Shown here in pieces: positions 9,412-17,921 of a DNA stretch of 32,000 nucleotides (the first letter of the stretch is position 1; each line of letters begins with the position of its first letter). The stretch lies in NCBI RefSeq assembly GCF_003231495.1, contig NZ_PQWO01000008.1, forward strand, positions 60,001 through 92,000, written 5' to 3'. This DNA is from Acaryochloris thomasi RCC1774. GTDB taxonomy: Bacteria; Cyanobacteriota; Cyanobacteriia; Thermosynechococcales; Thermosynechococcaceae. The position numbers and the translations under genes are program-made. The notes beneath the pieces are model-generated. The model ran no database searches, had not been told where the DNA came from, and saw nothing but the letters and a program-made list of their open reading frames with translations.

Positions 9412-10221
9412 ATGAAAATTCAAGGTAAAACGGCTCTGGTAACAGGAGCTTCCCGCGGAATTGGTCGGGCCATTGCTCTAGAACTGGCCCACCAAGGAAT
9501 CAGATGCTTAATCTTGGTAGCCCGCAATCATCAGCGCTTGAGCGAGGTGGCCTCCGAAATTGCTGCCATGGGCGTGAGGGCCATTGCTCTACCGCTAGAT
9601 TTGACTGAGACCCCCGCCGTCAGAATCGCTGCGGCACAGGTTTGGCAGCGTGATGGACCGATTCACCTGTTGATTAATTGCGCTGGTGTGGCTCACCAGT
9701 CCCCCTTCTTGAAAGCCCGCCTCCCTCAAGTTCAGCAAGAGATTGCTCTCAATCTGATGGGTACTTATACCATTACGCATCTTCTGGCCCGCAGAATGGC
9801 CCGCAGGCAGGAAGGACGGATCGTCAATGTCTCTAGCTTGATGGGCAAGATAGCGGCTCCCACAATGGCCACCTATTCAGCGACCAAGTTTGCTTTAGTG
9901 GGCTTTACCCATGCTCTACGCGGTGAGCTAGCCACCCATAACGTTCAGGTTACAGCTCTGCTCCCCTCCCTCACTGAGACTGACATGGCCCGCGATTTAG
10001 AGCGGTTTCGGTGGGTTATCCCTACCTCCCCTGAGGCAGTGGCTCGGGTTCTAGTCGCTAGCCTTGATAGAGAGTCTGCAGAGATTCTTGTGGGCTGGCA
10101 AAGTCATTTAGCCGTATGGTGTAGCCGCATTGCGCCGGGCCTGCTCGAAAAAGTAATTCAGGTGACAGCTCCTAAGGCTCTAGCCCTCAAGTTTGGCGCT
10201 GTCGGAGCGTCTCAAATCTAG
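9412..10221 (+). CDS. Short-chain dehydrogenase/reductase (classical SDR) family oxidoreductase
   Basis: TGASRGIGRAIA cofactor motif and a Ser...YSATK catalytic motif. The ATG at 9412 follows GGAGAG. The track's 9397 start adds 5 residues. Confidence 0.85.
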   Translation: MKIQGKTALVTGASRGIGRAIALELAHQGIRCLILVARNHQRLSEVASEIAAMGVRAIALPLDLTETPAVRIAAAQVWQRDGPIHLLINCAGVAHQSPFLKARLPQVQQEIALNLMGTYTITHLLARRMARRQEGRIVNVSSLMGKIAAPTMATYSATKFALVGFTHALRGELATHNVQVTALLPSLTETDMARDLERFRWVIPTSPEAVARVLVASLDRESAEILVGWQSHLAVWCSRIAPGLLEKVIQVTAPKALALKFGAVGASQI

Positions 10222-10265
10222 AGCCACCAAGACTTATATTCCAATACACCACAGCAGGAAAGATC

Positions 10266-10697
10266 ATGAAGAAAACGAGTTTCAATGAACGGTTAGAGCG
10301 ATTATCTCAGTCGCAAGCTGTCCTTCCCCCTGATTGCCAAGATCAGGTGCTCAGCGATATTCGCGATCGCAAGTGTCACATCGTCAAAGTTGAAGGGAAC
10401 GACCAACATCCCAGCTACACCTATAGCGTTGGCCTCTGGCATCATTTTGGACACCCAGAATTTGTGACCTTTAGCCAACCCGAACAAATGGGTGAACAGC
10501 TCATCGACGATATGCAGAAGCTGGTGAAGGTCGGTCAACCTCCTGTTGTGCAGCCAACACAGGAAGACTCTGAACTAAATTATCCAGTCAAACTACATCC
10601 CATTGATAACGATCAGTGGACCCGCGATTTTCTGCCCCTTGCAGATTGGTTTTATGATCGCGAATCCTTTCCGGTACTGGAGCTATTCCCAAACTAA
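10266..10697 (+). CDS. DUF4262 domain protein (function unknown)
   Basis: HPSYTYSVGLWHHFGHPEFVTF matches my recollection of the DUF4262 core motif. 143 aa, 44 nt downstream of the SDR gene. Confidence 0.55.
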   Translation: MKKTSFNERLERLSQSQAVLPPDCQDQVLSDIRDRKCHIVKVEGNDQHPSYTYSVGLWHHFGHPEFVTFSQPEQMGEQLIDDMQKLVKVGQPPVVQPTQEDSELNYPVKLHPIDNDQWTRDFLPLADWFYDRESFPVLELFPN

Positions 10698-12850
10698 TCA
10701 TCGAGGAGCTGCTCTAGCACTTCTGGATTCACCTCTAACGGTTCGTCGCCTTCGATCAGGGCTTCATCACACTGGTCGAAGGCGATTTCGTTGATGTTTT
10801 CTAAGGCTCCGTCCAGCATCAGGTTGAGATCTACGGCAATTTTTTCTAGTGCCTCACGCTCCCACTGAGGCTGTTTGGCTAGGGCAAGCAAGAACGAAAC
10901 GTGGGCCTCATCTAGCCCTATGTCGGCAGAGATTTCAGATGCCTCAGGTTCTTCAGGCTCTTCGACAAAGATGTCTGACAGAATTGCGGAAGCAGCTTGG
11001 GATTCATCTTGGCGACGCTGAATGAGGTCTAGATTCAAGCCGATCTTGGACGGCACTGCTGTCGTCACGGCTGCAGGCGGCTCCTTGGCAACGAACGTAA
11101 GCGGCTCATCGGCGTGGAGCTGACGGTGAACCTGTTCAGCTTCAAAGCCCAGCAGTGGATAGAGTTTAGTGAGTACGTCAATAACTTCGGGTTGGGCCTC
11201 CCCACCAGCTTTGGCAACGCTGATTAAGAACTTTGCGATCGCAACTTTCCGCCCTCCAGAAATATCAGCAAGCCGAGCCTTGAGGCCCCGCAGCGTCGGC
11301 TTGCTGCAGCACAGCCACTGAAAATAAGCGAGGAGACGGTCTCGCTCAGGCTCTTGCAAACTAGGGGTCCAGGCTAAATATTTCTGGACATGGACCATCC
11401 CAGCCGCATCCAACTCTTCTGAGACCACAACGAGCGCAGCCAGATGCAGCAGCAACTGAGCCGTTGAATAACTCGAAGACGGCTCCACCATCGCCCCGTG
11501 GATCAAGCGAAACAGCACCACATTTTGATTCGCCTTGAGGGGCTTGCCGCCAAACCGTGCGTCTGGCTCCACGCCAATGCCCTGGGTTTCAAGAAACTCA
11601 GAGAGCAGTACCGCATCCGCCTTGGAGAACTTCACTAACGGTTCAGCAGTCCACTGTTGAAACAGCTCCTGAGCTGGGATCACCTGGAACTCATATTCAC
11701 TCAGGCAGACCGTTGCCCACTGGCGAAACTGACTGACCCGAGGCAACTCATGCTGCAGAGCAATCTCAAGGGGGAGTCGTAAAACTGCCCCATAGCTCCC
11801 CCGAAGTTCAAGATTACGGCTGAGCCAGCGGCAGTAGGGATCAAGACGATCAACACAGCTCTCAACTAAGGGCTGAATCACCTCTAAGCGGTTGGCAGTC
11901 TGGGTAAACTCGGGCAGCTCTGCCGTAATCTCAAGGGGAGCACCAAAGGAAACGGTAGCCGGTTGATAGGTGCGGGTCAGGCTCACCGAAGGTCCAGAAC
12001 CATCCAAAATTATTCCCTTGCCTAGCTGATCGTGATAGCGAAGTCGAAACAGGCTTTGAAGTTCAAGCAAACAGCTAGAGGGCTTTGCTTTAGTGACGTC
12101 CAGCACCCAAGCTAAAGCCCAATGGGCAGGCAGCGGCTCACCCGCCTGAGCCAATTTACCCAGCGTTAGCTGCAGCGGGATGCTGTCTCCAGGGCCTTCT
12201 CTAGGGGGCTGTCGGAGGGCCAATCCTCGGGGGGACTGCAGCAGCCAGCAGGCTTCGAGAAAGTTAGCTGCATCCCGCGAGAAAGACTCGCTGTGGTCAT
12301 AGAGCGTCATTAGACGCTCTACCTCATCCATAATCTGCGTCAGTTCGGCAGTGTAGTCTGCGGTAGAGTCTCTTAGATCATAAAGGACACGGCGTTCGAG
12401 GCCGTAGAGAAACAGAAACACATAGCCGACATGAATATCAGGATCGGTGCGACCTGCAGCCAACCATTCTAAATAAGCCGCCCGACACCCAGACGGGATC
12501 TCGCTGTAGGAGGGCCAGTGAGTCATCCATTCCCCTCTGTGATCGGGCTGTTCAGAATCAACCTTGAGCTGAGGGTTGATCAGGCAGGGTTCAATGCTGA
12601 CGTGTTCATGAATTCCGGCCAATGAATTACCGATGTAGATCAGGCCGTGGGTCAAGGTGTAATCTGCGACGGTGACCGCTTCCCCAGGCATAACCCAGCG
12701 AGCCACGGATAAGGTCGATAACTCAGGAGTTGCCGCTGATTCTGATTTCGGAAGCGCAGATTTCTCCGGCAGTGGCAGAGCGGATGTTGAAGGTGCCTCA
12801 GCGGGGGGCTGCGGTTTCGCCGGAAGCAATTTTTTGAGCCAGTTCAGCAT
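10694..12850 (-). CDS. TerB-N / TerB-like / TerB-C multidomain protein (function unknown)
   Basis: TerB-N-type motifs: GEAVTVADYTLTHGLIYIG and WPSYSEIPSGCRAAYLEWLAAGRTDPDIHVGYVFLFLYGLERRVL. TerB-C-type C-terminus: LDEAHVSFLLALAKQPQWEREALEKIAVDLNLMLDGALENINEIAF. 718 aa with an ATG start. Confidence 0.8.
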   Translation of the reverse strand: MLNWLKKLLPAKPQPPAEAPSTSALPLPEKSALPKSESAATPELSTLSVARWVMPGEAVTVADYTLTHGLIYIGNSLAGIHEHVSIEPCLINPQLKVDSEQPDHRGEWMTHWPSYSEIPSGCRAAYLEWLAAGRTDPDIHVGYVFLFLYGLERRVLYDLRDSTADYTAELTQIMDEVERLMTLYDHSESFSRDAANFLEACWLLQSPRGLALRQPPREGPGDSIPLQLTLGKLAQAGEPLPAHWALAWVLDVTKAKPSSCLLELQSLFRLRYHDQLGKGIILDGSGPSVSLTRTYQPATVSFGAPLEITAELPEFTQTANRLEVIQPLVESCVDRLDPYCRWLSRNLELRGSYGAVLRLPLEIALQHELPRVSQFRQWATVCLSEYEFQVIPAQELFQQWTAEPLVKFSKADAVLLSEFLETQGIGVEPDARFGGKPLKANQNVVLFRLIHGAMVEPSSSYSTAQLLLHLAALVVVSEELDAAGMVHVQKYLAWTPSLQEPERDRLLAYFQWLCCSKPTLRGLKARLADISGGRKVAIAKFLISVAKAGGEAQPEVIDVLTKLYPLLGFEAEQVHRQLHADEPLTFVAKEPPAAVTTAVPSKIGLNLDLIQRRQDESQAASAILSDIFVEEPEEPEASEISADIGLDEAHVSFLLALAKQPQWEREALEKIAVDLNLMLDGALENINEIAFDQCDEALIEGDEPLEVNPEVLEQLLDD

Positions 12851-12983
12851 CCTGAGGCTTAGAAAGCGAGTTCAAATTTAGCCCATTGTATCGGGCATCC
12901 GACGATGAAATGTAGGTATACCCGATTAACTTTGAAGATCTTGCATCAAACTCAAGCTTGCCTTGTGCCTCACCCCCTTACTT

Positions 12984-13616
12984 TTAGACGACGTGGTTGC
13001 TGGCAAGCTTTGCGATCGCATCTACAATAATTCGATGCTCCTGCACCTGAATCCGGGCGTGCAGAGTCTCTGCCGTATCCTCTGGCAACACCGGCACCGC
13101 TGCCTGCATCAGAATAGGCCCGCTATCGACTTCAAGCGTGACAATATGGACCGTACAGCCTGATATTTTGACCCCATAGTCGAGCGCCTGCTCAATGGCG
13201 TGTATGCCCGGGAAGCTCGGCAATAGGCTGGGGTGAATATTCACCATCCGCCCCAGGAACGCATCGATCAGCACCTGCGTGGCTCGCCGCATCCAGCCCA
13301 CCATAATCACCCAGTCTACGTCTGCAGCCTTGAGAGCCGCGACAATCTCCTCGTCAAAACTCTCTCGATTTTGATAGTCGCGGTGATTAATTAGCTTTGT
13401 AGGGAATCCCTGCTGCTGGGCACGTTCGGCCACTTTGGCTTTGGGATTGTTGTATATAACGATCTGAACTTGGGCCGGTAAGATATTTTTCGAGATGGCA
13501 GTTGCGATCGCAGCGAAATTGCTGCCGCTGCCCGACGCCATAATGCCCAGCTTCAAAGGCGTTTGGACTGCCGCCTTCGACCGAGAAAAATCAGGAGACA
13601 CTAAACTCTCACACAT
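12984..13616 (-). CDS. purN: Phosphoribosylglycinamide formyltransferase
   Basis: LGIMASGSGSNFAAI, NIHPSLLPSFPG and GCTVHIVTLEVDSGPIL are PurN signatures. The exact start is uncertain. Confidence 0.9.
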   Translation of the reverse strand: MCESLVSPDFSRSKAAVQTPLKLGIMASGSGSNFAAIATAISKNILPAQVQIVIYNNPKAKVAERAQQQGFPTKLINHRDYQNRESFDEEIVAALKAADVDWVIMVGWMRRATQVLIDAFLGRMVNIHPSLLPSFPGIHAIEQALDYGVKISGCTVHIVTLEVDSGPILMQAAVPVLPEDTAETLHARIQVQEHRIIVDAIAKLASNHVV

Positions 13617-13920
13617 AGAGCACCCTTATTCTCAGGAGTAGTATCTGAAGCAACAACATGATCAATCTGCCTTTGCTAATTTATAAGCACAATAAATTTT
13701 CAACCTTTCTCTTCATCAAACCAATTTTGTCAAAATCCTGCGTATTGGCATCAAAGAGCCACTAATTTTCTATATTCCTCAATCTGACAGCTCAATCATC
13801 CACGGCTTCAACCTGATCGGTATCTGGAAGCTAGACTTTTATACGAAACGAGTGGTGAGCGATAAACGCAGGCGTTCAGATTCTCTAGTTATTTGGGAAC
13901 CCTAGCTAGGATAGCGAATC

Positions 13921-14544
13921 ATGTCCAAATTATCTTTAGAACCTTCCGTTTCATTCATGCCTGCGACTCTCACACCTCCACACAAAACTTCTGCCCCCGC
14001 CGTAGCTCCTGCCGCCGCATCAACCGCAAATTACTTCATTACCCTCTGCACTCACGAACGCCAGTGTCTGTTTGGCGAGATTATTGATGGGCAAATGCGG
14101 TTAAACAAGCTGGGGAGCATTGTCGAAGACGAATGGCAAAATGCAGCCAAAGATCGCCAGGATCTCAACTGTGACCAGTGGATTATCATGCCCAATCATA
14201 TTCACGGCATCGTCAGCCTAGCAGAACCACCGGAGACCGATGGTATATCTGGCGGTGACATCAGTGAATCGACCGATCCGGTCTCTGCGCCTGAGGCAAC
14301 TCAACAGCGGGCACTTTCAGCCTGGATGGAGGAATTTAAAGCGACAGTCACCGATCGCATCAATATTCATCGCCAAAACACACGCCCCATCTGGCAGACC
14401 ACTGACGATCAGCAGTTGATCCCTCACCATTTTGCTTTCAATATTTTTCGGCAGTATATCCGCAGCAACCCCCATGCTTGGCTTTGGGACAAGCTCCATC
14501 CAGATAGCCCCTCTGACTGGCTACATTCTGAAGGGGCTATCTAA
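13921..14544 (+). CDS. IS200/RayT-like HUH (Y1 transposase superfamily) domain protein, apparently degenerate and single copy
   Basis: ANYFITLCTHERQCLFGEIIDGQMRLNKLG...WIIMPNHIHGIV...FRQYIRSNPHAW follows the widespread GAYFVTICT...MPNHxHGI...IRxYIxxNPxxW family. The HUH motif is HIH at 14197-14205. I saw no flanking terminal hairpins or repeats. Confidence 0.7.
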   Translation: MSKLSLEPSVSFMPATLTPPHKTSAPAVAPAAASTANYFITLCTHERQCLFGEIIDGQMRLNKLGSIVEDEWQNAAKDRQDLNCDQWIIMPNHIHGIVSLAEPPETDGISGGDISESTDPVSAPEATQQRALSAWMEEFKATVTDRINIHRQNTRPIWQTTDDQQLIPHHFAFNIFRQYIRSNPHAWLWDKLHPDSPSDWLHSEGAI

Positions 14545-14675
14545 AACGATCCCATCGAGAAGAGCATCATACTGGCAGGCTTCTTTGCAGAAATAAGACA
14601 TAGCCCTAGCAAAACGCTCAGCAGCAGACAGACGCTCAAGCGGCGCTACATGGGGACTGTTGTCAGAACAAACGA

Positions 14676-15530
14676 CTACTGAACCCAAGATTCTTCTTGA
14701 TGGGCCTCAAGTTCCGCATAGGCCCGTTCCTTGTGTACTTCAATACGACGTCGCTTAAGCTTCAGGGATTGGCGAGGGGAAACGTCTCTCCGAGAGGGTC
14801 GAGGCAGCGGCGTTCTGCTTGCTGTTCGGGCGTCCAAACGCCTTAAACCGAGCAAAACAGCATCCCGAATCTGAGGCTGAGGTTCCTGCGCCAACAGCAG
14901 TTGAAAATATTCATTGAGCTCCTGCCGTCGGTCATGGGTCAGAACCTCTATCCGACTCAGGCGCCGCACTGCAATCAAACGCTGCAGTGGATCCGTCGTC
15001 ATCAGTTGTGTCACCCACTGCTCGTACAGGTCTGCGTCCTCGGCTGGCGGCTTCAGCAGTTGCCCAATCAAGAGACCCAGAACTGAGAGGAGACAGGCTC
15101 CCTGGAGCAGGATCGCCAGAGCAATTCCAACCTGTCCCGTGTCTTGCCAAATCAAAATCGTGCTGTAACTAATCACCACAGACAATAAGCCAGTAGTCAA
15201 AGCTAACAGGAGCGGCGAGTCCAGCAGAGACCGCATCATCTGGGTCGCCTTCAGAGATACATGGGTGCTGCGAGAAGCAAGTATCGTGATACTGAGGCCG
15301 ATACAGAGGGCTATCAGTAATGGCCAATTCCAAATTAAAAGTGCGATCGCAACGACAGCCGCAACGCCCTGAGAAGATACATTGCTGTTGCCTAGCTGTC
15401 GCACCCAGCGGCCCGTCGCCTGGGCTTGGTTACTCACCACATCCATCACCAGGGAATGCTTCGCAGGCGCAAAAGCACTGTAGTCAGCCCACTCGAAAAG
15501 CCGCTGCTTTAAGGATGGTGTCTTCGCCAT
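14676..15530 (-). CDS. Hypothetical integral membrane protein with a C-terminal HEAT-like / basic region
   Basis: 284-aa ORF with about 4 hydrophobic segments (aa 55-165). The C-terminal part (TDPLQRLIAVRRLSRI...IRDAVLLGLRRL) looks HEAT-repeat-like. No family recognised. Confidence 0.55.
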   Translation of the reverse strand: MAKTPSLKQRLFEWADYSAFAPAKHSLVMDVVSNQAQATGRWVRQLGNSNVSSQGVAAVVAIALLIWNWPLLIALCIGLSITILASRSTHVSLKATQMMRSLLDSPLLLALTTGLLSVVISYSTILIWQDTGQVGIALAILLQGACLLSVLGLLIGQLLKPPAEDADLYEQWVTQLMTTDPLQRLIAVRRLSRIEVLTHDRRQELNEYFQLLLAQEPQPQIRDAVLLGLRRLDARTASRTPLPRPSRRDVSPRQSLKLKRRRIEVHKERAYAELEAHQEESWVQ

Positions 15531-15682
15531 GCCACAATGAATCCAATCGAAACAACAAAATCACCCTTCGCCAAGAGCGCCAGCGATTTTATAGCTCCCA
15601 CTAACCTACCATCTTCCACTGAGCAGATCGCACACACCTTTAACAGGCAAAATATAATAATGAGAACCCTTTTTGCTTTGAT

Positions 15683-16486
15683 GTGCCTGTGACTTCTACT
15701 TCCGAGACCGAAACGCCAATGGGGCAAGCCTCAGCCAATGGAACGGGGACACCTGAGCCAACCCCAGATCCCAATGATGAACTGCTCAACGATGTAGAGA
15801 TGTCACTCTTTGACCATCTCGAAGAACTGCGTCAGCGAATCTTCTTCGCGCTGCTGGCCGTTCTTGGAGGCGTCATTCTCTGTTTTTGGAAAGTCAATCT
15901 GATCGTCAAGCTCCTCGAAAAACCAGCCCAAGGCGCTCAGTTTTTGCAGCTCGCCCCCGGCGAATACTTCTTTGTCTCGATAAAAGTCGCAGGTTACAGC
16001 GGCTTATTAGTGGCTAGCCCCTTTATCCTTTACCAGATTATCCAGTTTGTGCTGCCGGGTCTCACCCGCAAAGAACAAGGATTCCTTGGTCCCATTGTTC
16101 TAGGATCTTCCGTTCTCTTCGTTGCCGGGATTGCCTTTGCCTACATTGCCTTAATTCCCGCCGCTCTCAACTTTTTCATCAACTATGGCGCTGATGTCGT
16201 TGAACAGCTCTGGTCCATCGATCGCTATTTTGAATTTGTTCTGCTGTTGTTATTTAGTACGGGCTTAGCGTTTCAGATTCCTGTCATTCAGCTACTGCTT
16301 GGCTTAGTGGGTATCGTCTCAGGCCGCCAAATGCTCGCAGGCTGGCGCATTGTTGTGCTGGGGGCTGCAATCCTAGGTGCTGTACTGACGCCCTCAACCG
16401 ATCCCCTCACCCAAAGTCTTTTAGGAGGGGCCGTCGTTGGTCTTTACTTCGGAGGAGCAGGGCTTGTGTTGCTCCTGGGCCGATAG
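15683..16486 (+). CDS. tatC: Twin-arginine translocase subunit TatC
   Basis: [22 protein letters not shown] plus six hydrophobic segments and a PSTDPLTQ motif. GTG at 15683; an ATG at 15719 is an alternative start. Confidence 0.9.
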   Translation: MPVTSTSETETPMGQASANGTGTPEPTPDPNDELLNDVEMSLFDHLEELRQRIFFALLAVLGGVILCFWKVNLIVKLLEKPAQGAQFLQLAPGEYFFVSIKVAGYSGLLVASPFILYQIIQFVLPGLTRKEQGFLGPIVLGSSVLFVAGIAFAYIALIPAALNFFINYGADVVEQLWSIDRYFEFVLLLLFSTGLAFQIPVIQLLLGLVGIVSGRQMLAGWRIVVLGAAILGAVLTPSTDPLTQSLLGGAVVGLYFGGAGLVLLLGR

Positions 16487-16506
16487 CTAATCGCAGCTCC
16501 ATGGGC

Positions 16507-16761
16507 CTAAAGTTGATTTCGAACTTTATTCTCGTGGGAACCAATCGTTTCTGGCTGAAAGGCAGAGAGAATAATAGCTCCTGTCACTAGAATAACAACG
16601 GCCCGAGGACTGCGCCCTTGAGTGTAATCAACAAGCTGACTCTTGGCTTCAGCATCAGCAATTAAGCGCTGCACCGGTAGAGAGCCAGGACTAATAACTG
16701 CGACCATCTCGCCATCAGCAACCGTATTTCCGTACCCCAAATTAATTTGACCGTTGTTCAT
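16507..16761 (-). CDS. RemA-like (DUF370 / UPF0296) small putative DNA-binding regulator
   Basis: MNNGQINLGYGNTVADGEMVAVISPGSLPVQRLIADAEAKSQLVDYTQGRSPRAVVILVTGAIILSAFQPETI aligns along its length with Bacillus RemA as I recall it (INIGFGN..IVSPESAPIKR..LIDATYGRRTRAV..ILSAVQPET). The 106-aa ORF reaching 16827 is an over-extension. Confidence 0.8.
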   Translation of the reverse strand: MNNGQINLGYGNTVADGEMVAVISPGSLPVQRLIADAEAKSQLVDYTQGRSPRAVVILVTGAIILSAFQPETIGSHENKVRNQL

Positions 16762-16862
16762 TAAACATTCCCAAAACCCCAATTCACACACCCTCCTACA
16801 CCTGAACCACCAAGTTCTGATGTACAAACCCTAAAGCAGCCTCAGCTCTTATTGCGGTCGTA

Positions 16863-16903
16863 CTGGAACAACACAGAGGTTTTAGCTCTCTATGTTGTTC
16901 CAG
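16863..16903. repeat. 41-nt inverted repeat / hairpin (11-bp perfect outer stem plus 4-bp inner stem)
   Basis: CTGGAACAACA (16863-16873) pairs with TGTTGTTCCAG (16893-16903). Inner pairing is AGAG (16875-16878) with CTCT (16886-16889). It sits between the 3' end of tRNA-Arg and the start of the remA-like gene. Confidence 0.6.
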
Positions 16904-17055
16904 CGCTGATCGAAATTTGACAGTCTACCGGGCCATGTTCCTATGATTTCCTACTTGTAGTGCGAATAAACTCACCCAGTTGGGTGATCTTGTCTGCACC
17001 GGGTCGGGGGATCCTTCCCTTAAGCTAGACTGACCGTTTTCGTGCTGAAGCAGAA

Positions 17056-17128
17056 CGCGCCCGACAGGATTTGAACCTGTGACCAATTGCTTAGAAGGCA
17101 ACTGCTCTATCCACTGAGCTACGGGCGC
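17056..17128 (-). tRNA. tRNA-Arg (anticodon UCU)
   Basis: The reverse complement GCGCCCGTAGCTCAGTGGATAGAGCAGTTGCCTTCTAAGCAATTGGTCACAGGTTCAAATCCTGTCGGGCGCG folds by eye into a cloverleaf. The parts are a 7-bp acceptor stem, D arm GCTC/GAGC, anticodon loop CT-TCT-AA and T arm ACAGG-TTCAAAT-CCTGT. CCA is not encoded. Confidence 0.95.
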
Positions 17129-17280
17129 AAATGTATAGGTTCTGAGCTTAGCAGAACTCCTGTGTCGATAGTACCGCACGCTCTCTAGCTTTGTGAATGC
17201 CCTTAAATCGCCAGGAATGTCCTATGGACAGCCCCCAAATGCAGTACAGTGCTTACGTTAGCCTGATGTCATAAAATTGC

Positions 17281-17724
17281 ATGGCCCCTTCGCATCAGTT
17301 TCAGCAATCGATTTATATTGAGGCCCCCCTTACCGTTGTTGATCAAACCATTACCGAACAAGAGCTAATGCAGCGCTGGCTCAATCCTGCTCTCAAGTGT
17401 GAATCTGACGGTCCCTGGAGCAGTGAACTTGGCAGCAAAACTCGTTTTTCAATTCAAACACCGCTGGTGCAGCCAACGCTCAATAGCACAGTGGCAGAGC
17501 GCAAAGCGGGGCTAGTGGTATGGCAGTTCGATGGTTTTTTTACGGGTTGTGATCGTTGGGAATGCTTTCGAGAAATCACGGGCACTCGCCTAGTTAATCG
17601 CTTTGAATTCACCATCACTAATCCGCTTGTTTCTTTTGGGTTTTGGACCTTTGCTGCTACCTGGACCCAAAAGGATATGTTTTCTCAGCTAGAGCGACTC
17701 AAGAAGGTGGCTGAATCCTTATAA
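17281..17724 (+). CDS. SRPBCC (START/polyketide-cyclase-like) superfamily protein
   Basis: 147 aa. The pattern SIYIEAPLTVVDQTITE...WLNP...G(x)FTGCDRWE...GTRLVNRFEF is typical of small SRPBCC ligand-binding proteins. Assignment is by eye. Confidence 0.5.
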   Translation: MAPSHQFQQSIYIEAPLTVVDQTITEQELMQRWLNPALKCESDGPWSSELGSKTRFSIQTPLVQPTLNSTVAERKAGLVVWQFDGFFTGCDRWECFREITGTRLVNRFEFTITNPLVSFGFWTFAATWTQKDMFSQLERLKKVAESL

Positions 17725-17921
17725 CCTCTTGAAGCCAACAGAGAACAATTCACGTTCAAAGAAGTCATCTTTACTGTCTCATCGGGGCAAAATGGCTAAG
17801 AATGCTTGTTTACTTGGATCAAGATGTACGGCATCGGCAAAGCGCGTCGCAAATCGTACACTAAGTGGATGCCCCCTTAGTTCAAGCATTGTTCAGATAG
17901 GTTGATACTGGTAAAACGTCC

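Noticed and set aside
14901-15172. Five overlapping 60-84-aa ORFs in several frames on both strands.
   Set aside because: They all lie inside the 284-aa membrane-protein gene, in a locally stop-poor stretch. None has a recognisable motif or a good start context, so they are most simply frame artefacts.
16507-17128. Possibility of a genomic island integrated at the 3' end of tRNA-Arg.
   Set aside because: The genes downstream of the tRNA 3' end are core-type (remA-like, tatC). There is no integrase, and I found no direct repeat of the tRNA 3' segment in the window.
16925-17179. 84-aa minus-strand ORF.
   Set aside because: It runs straight through the tRNA-Arg(UCU) gene (17056-17128), and its translation includes the tRNA sequence. 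Spurious.
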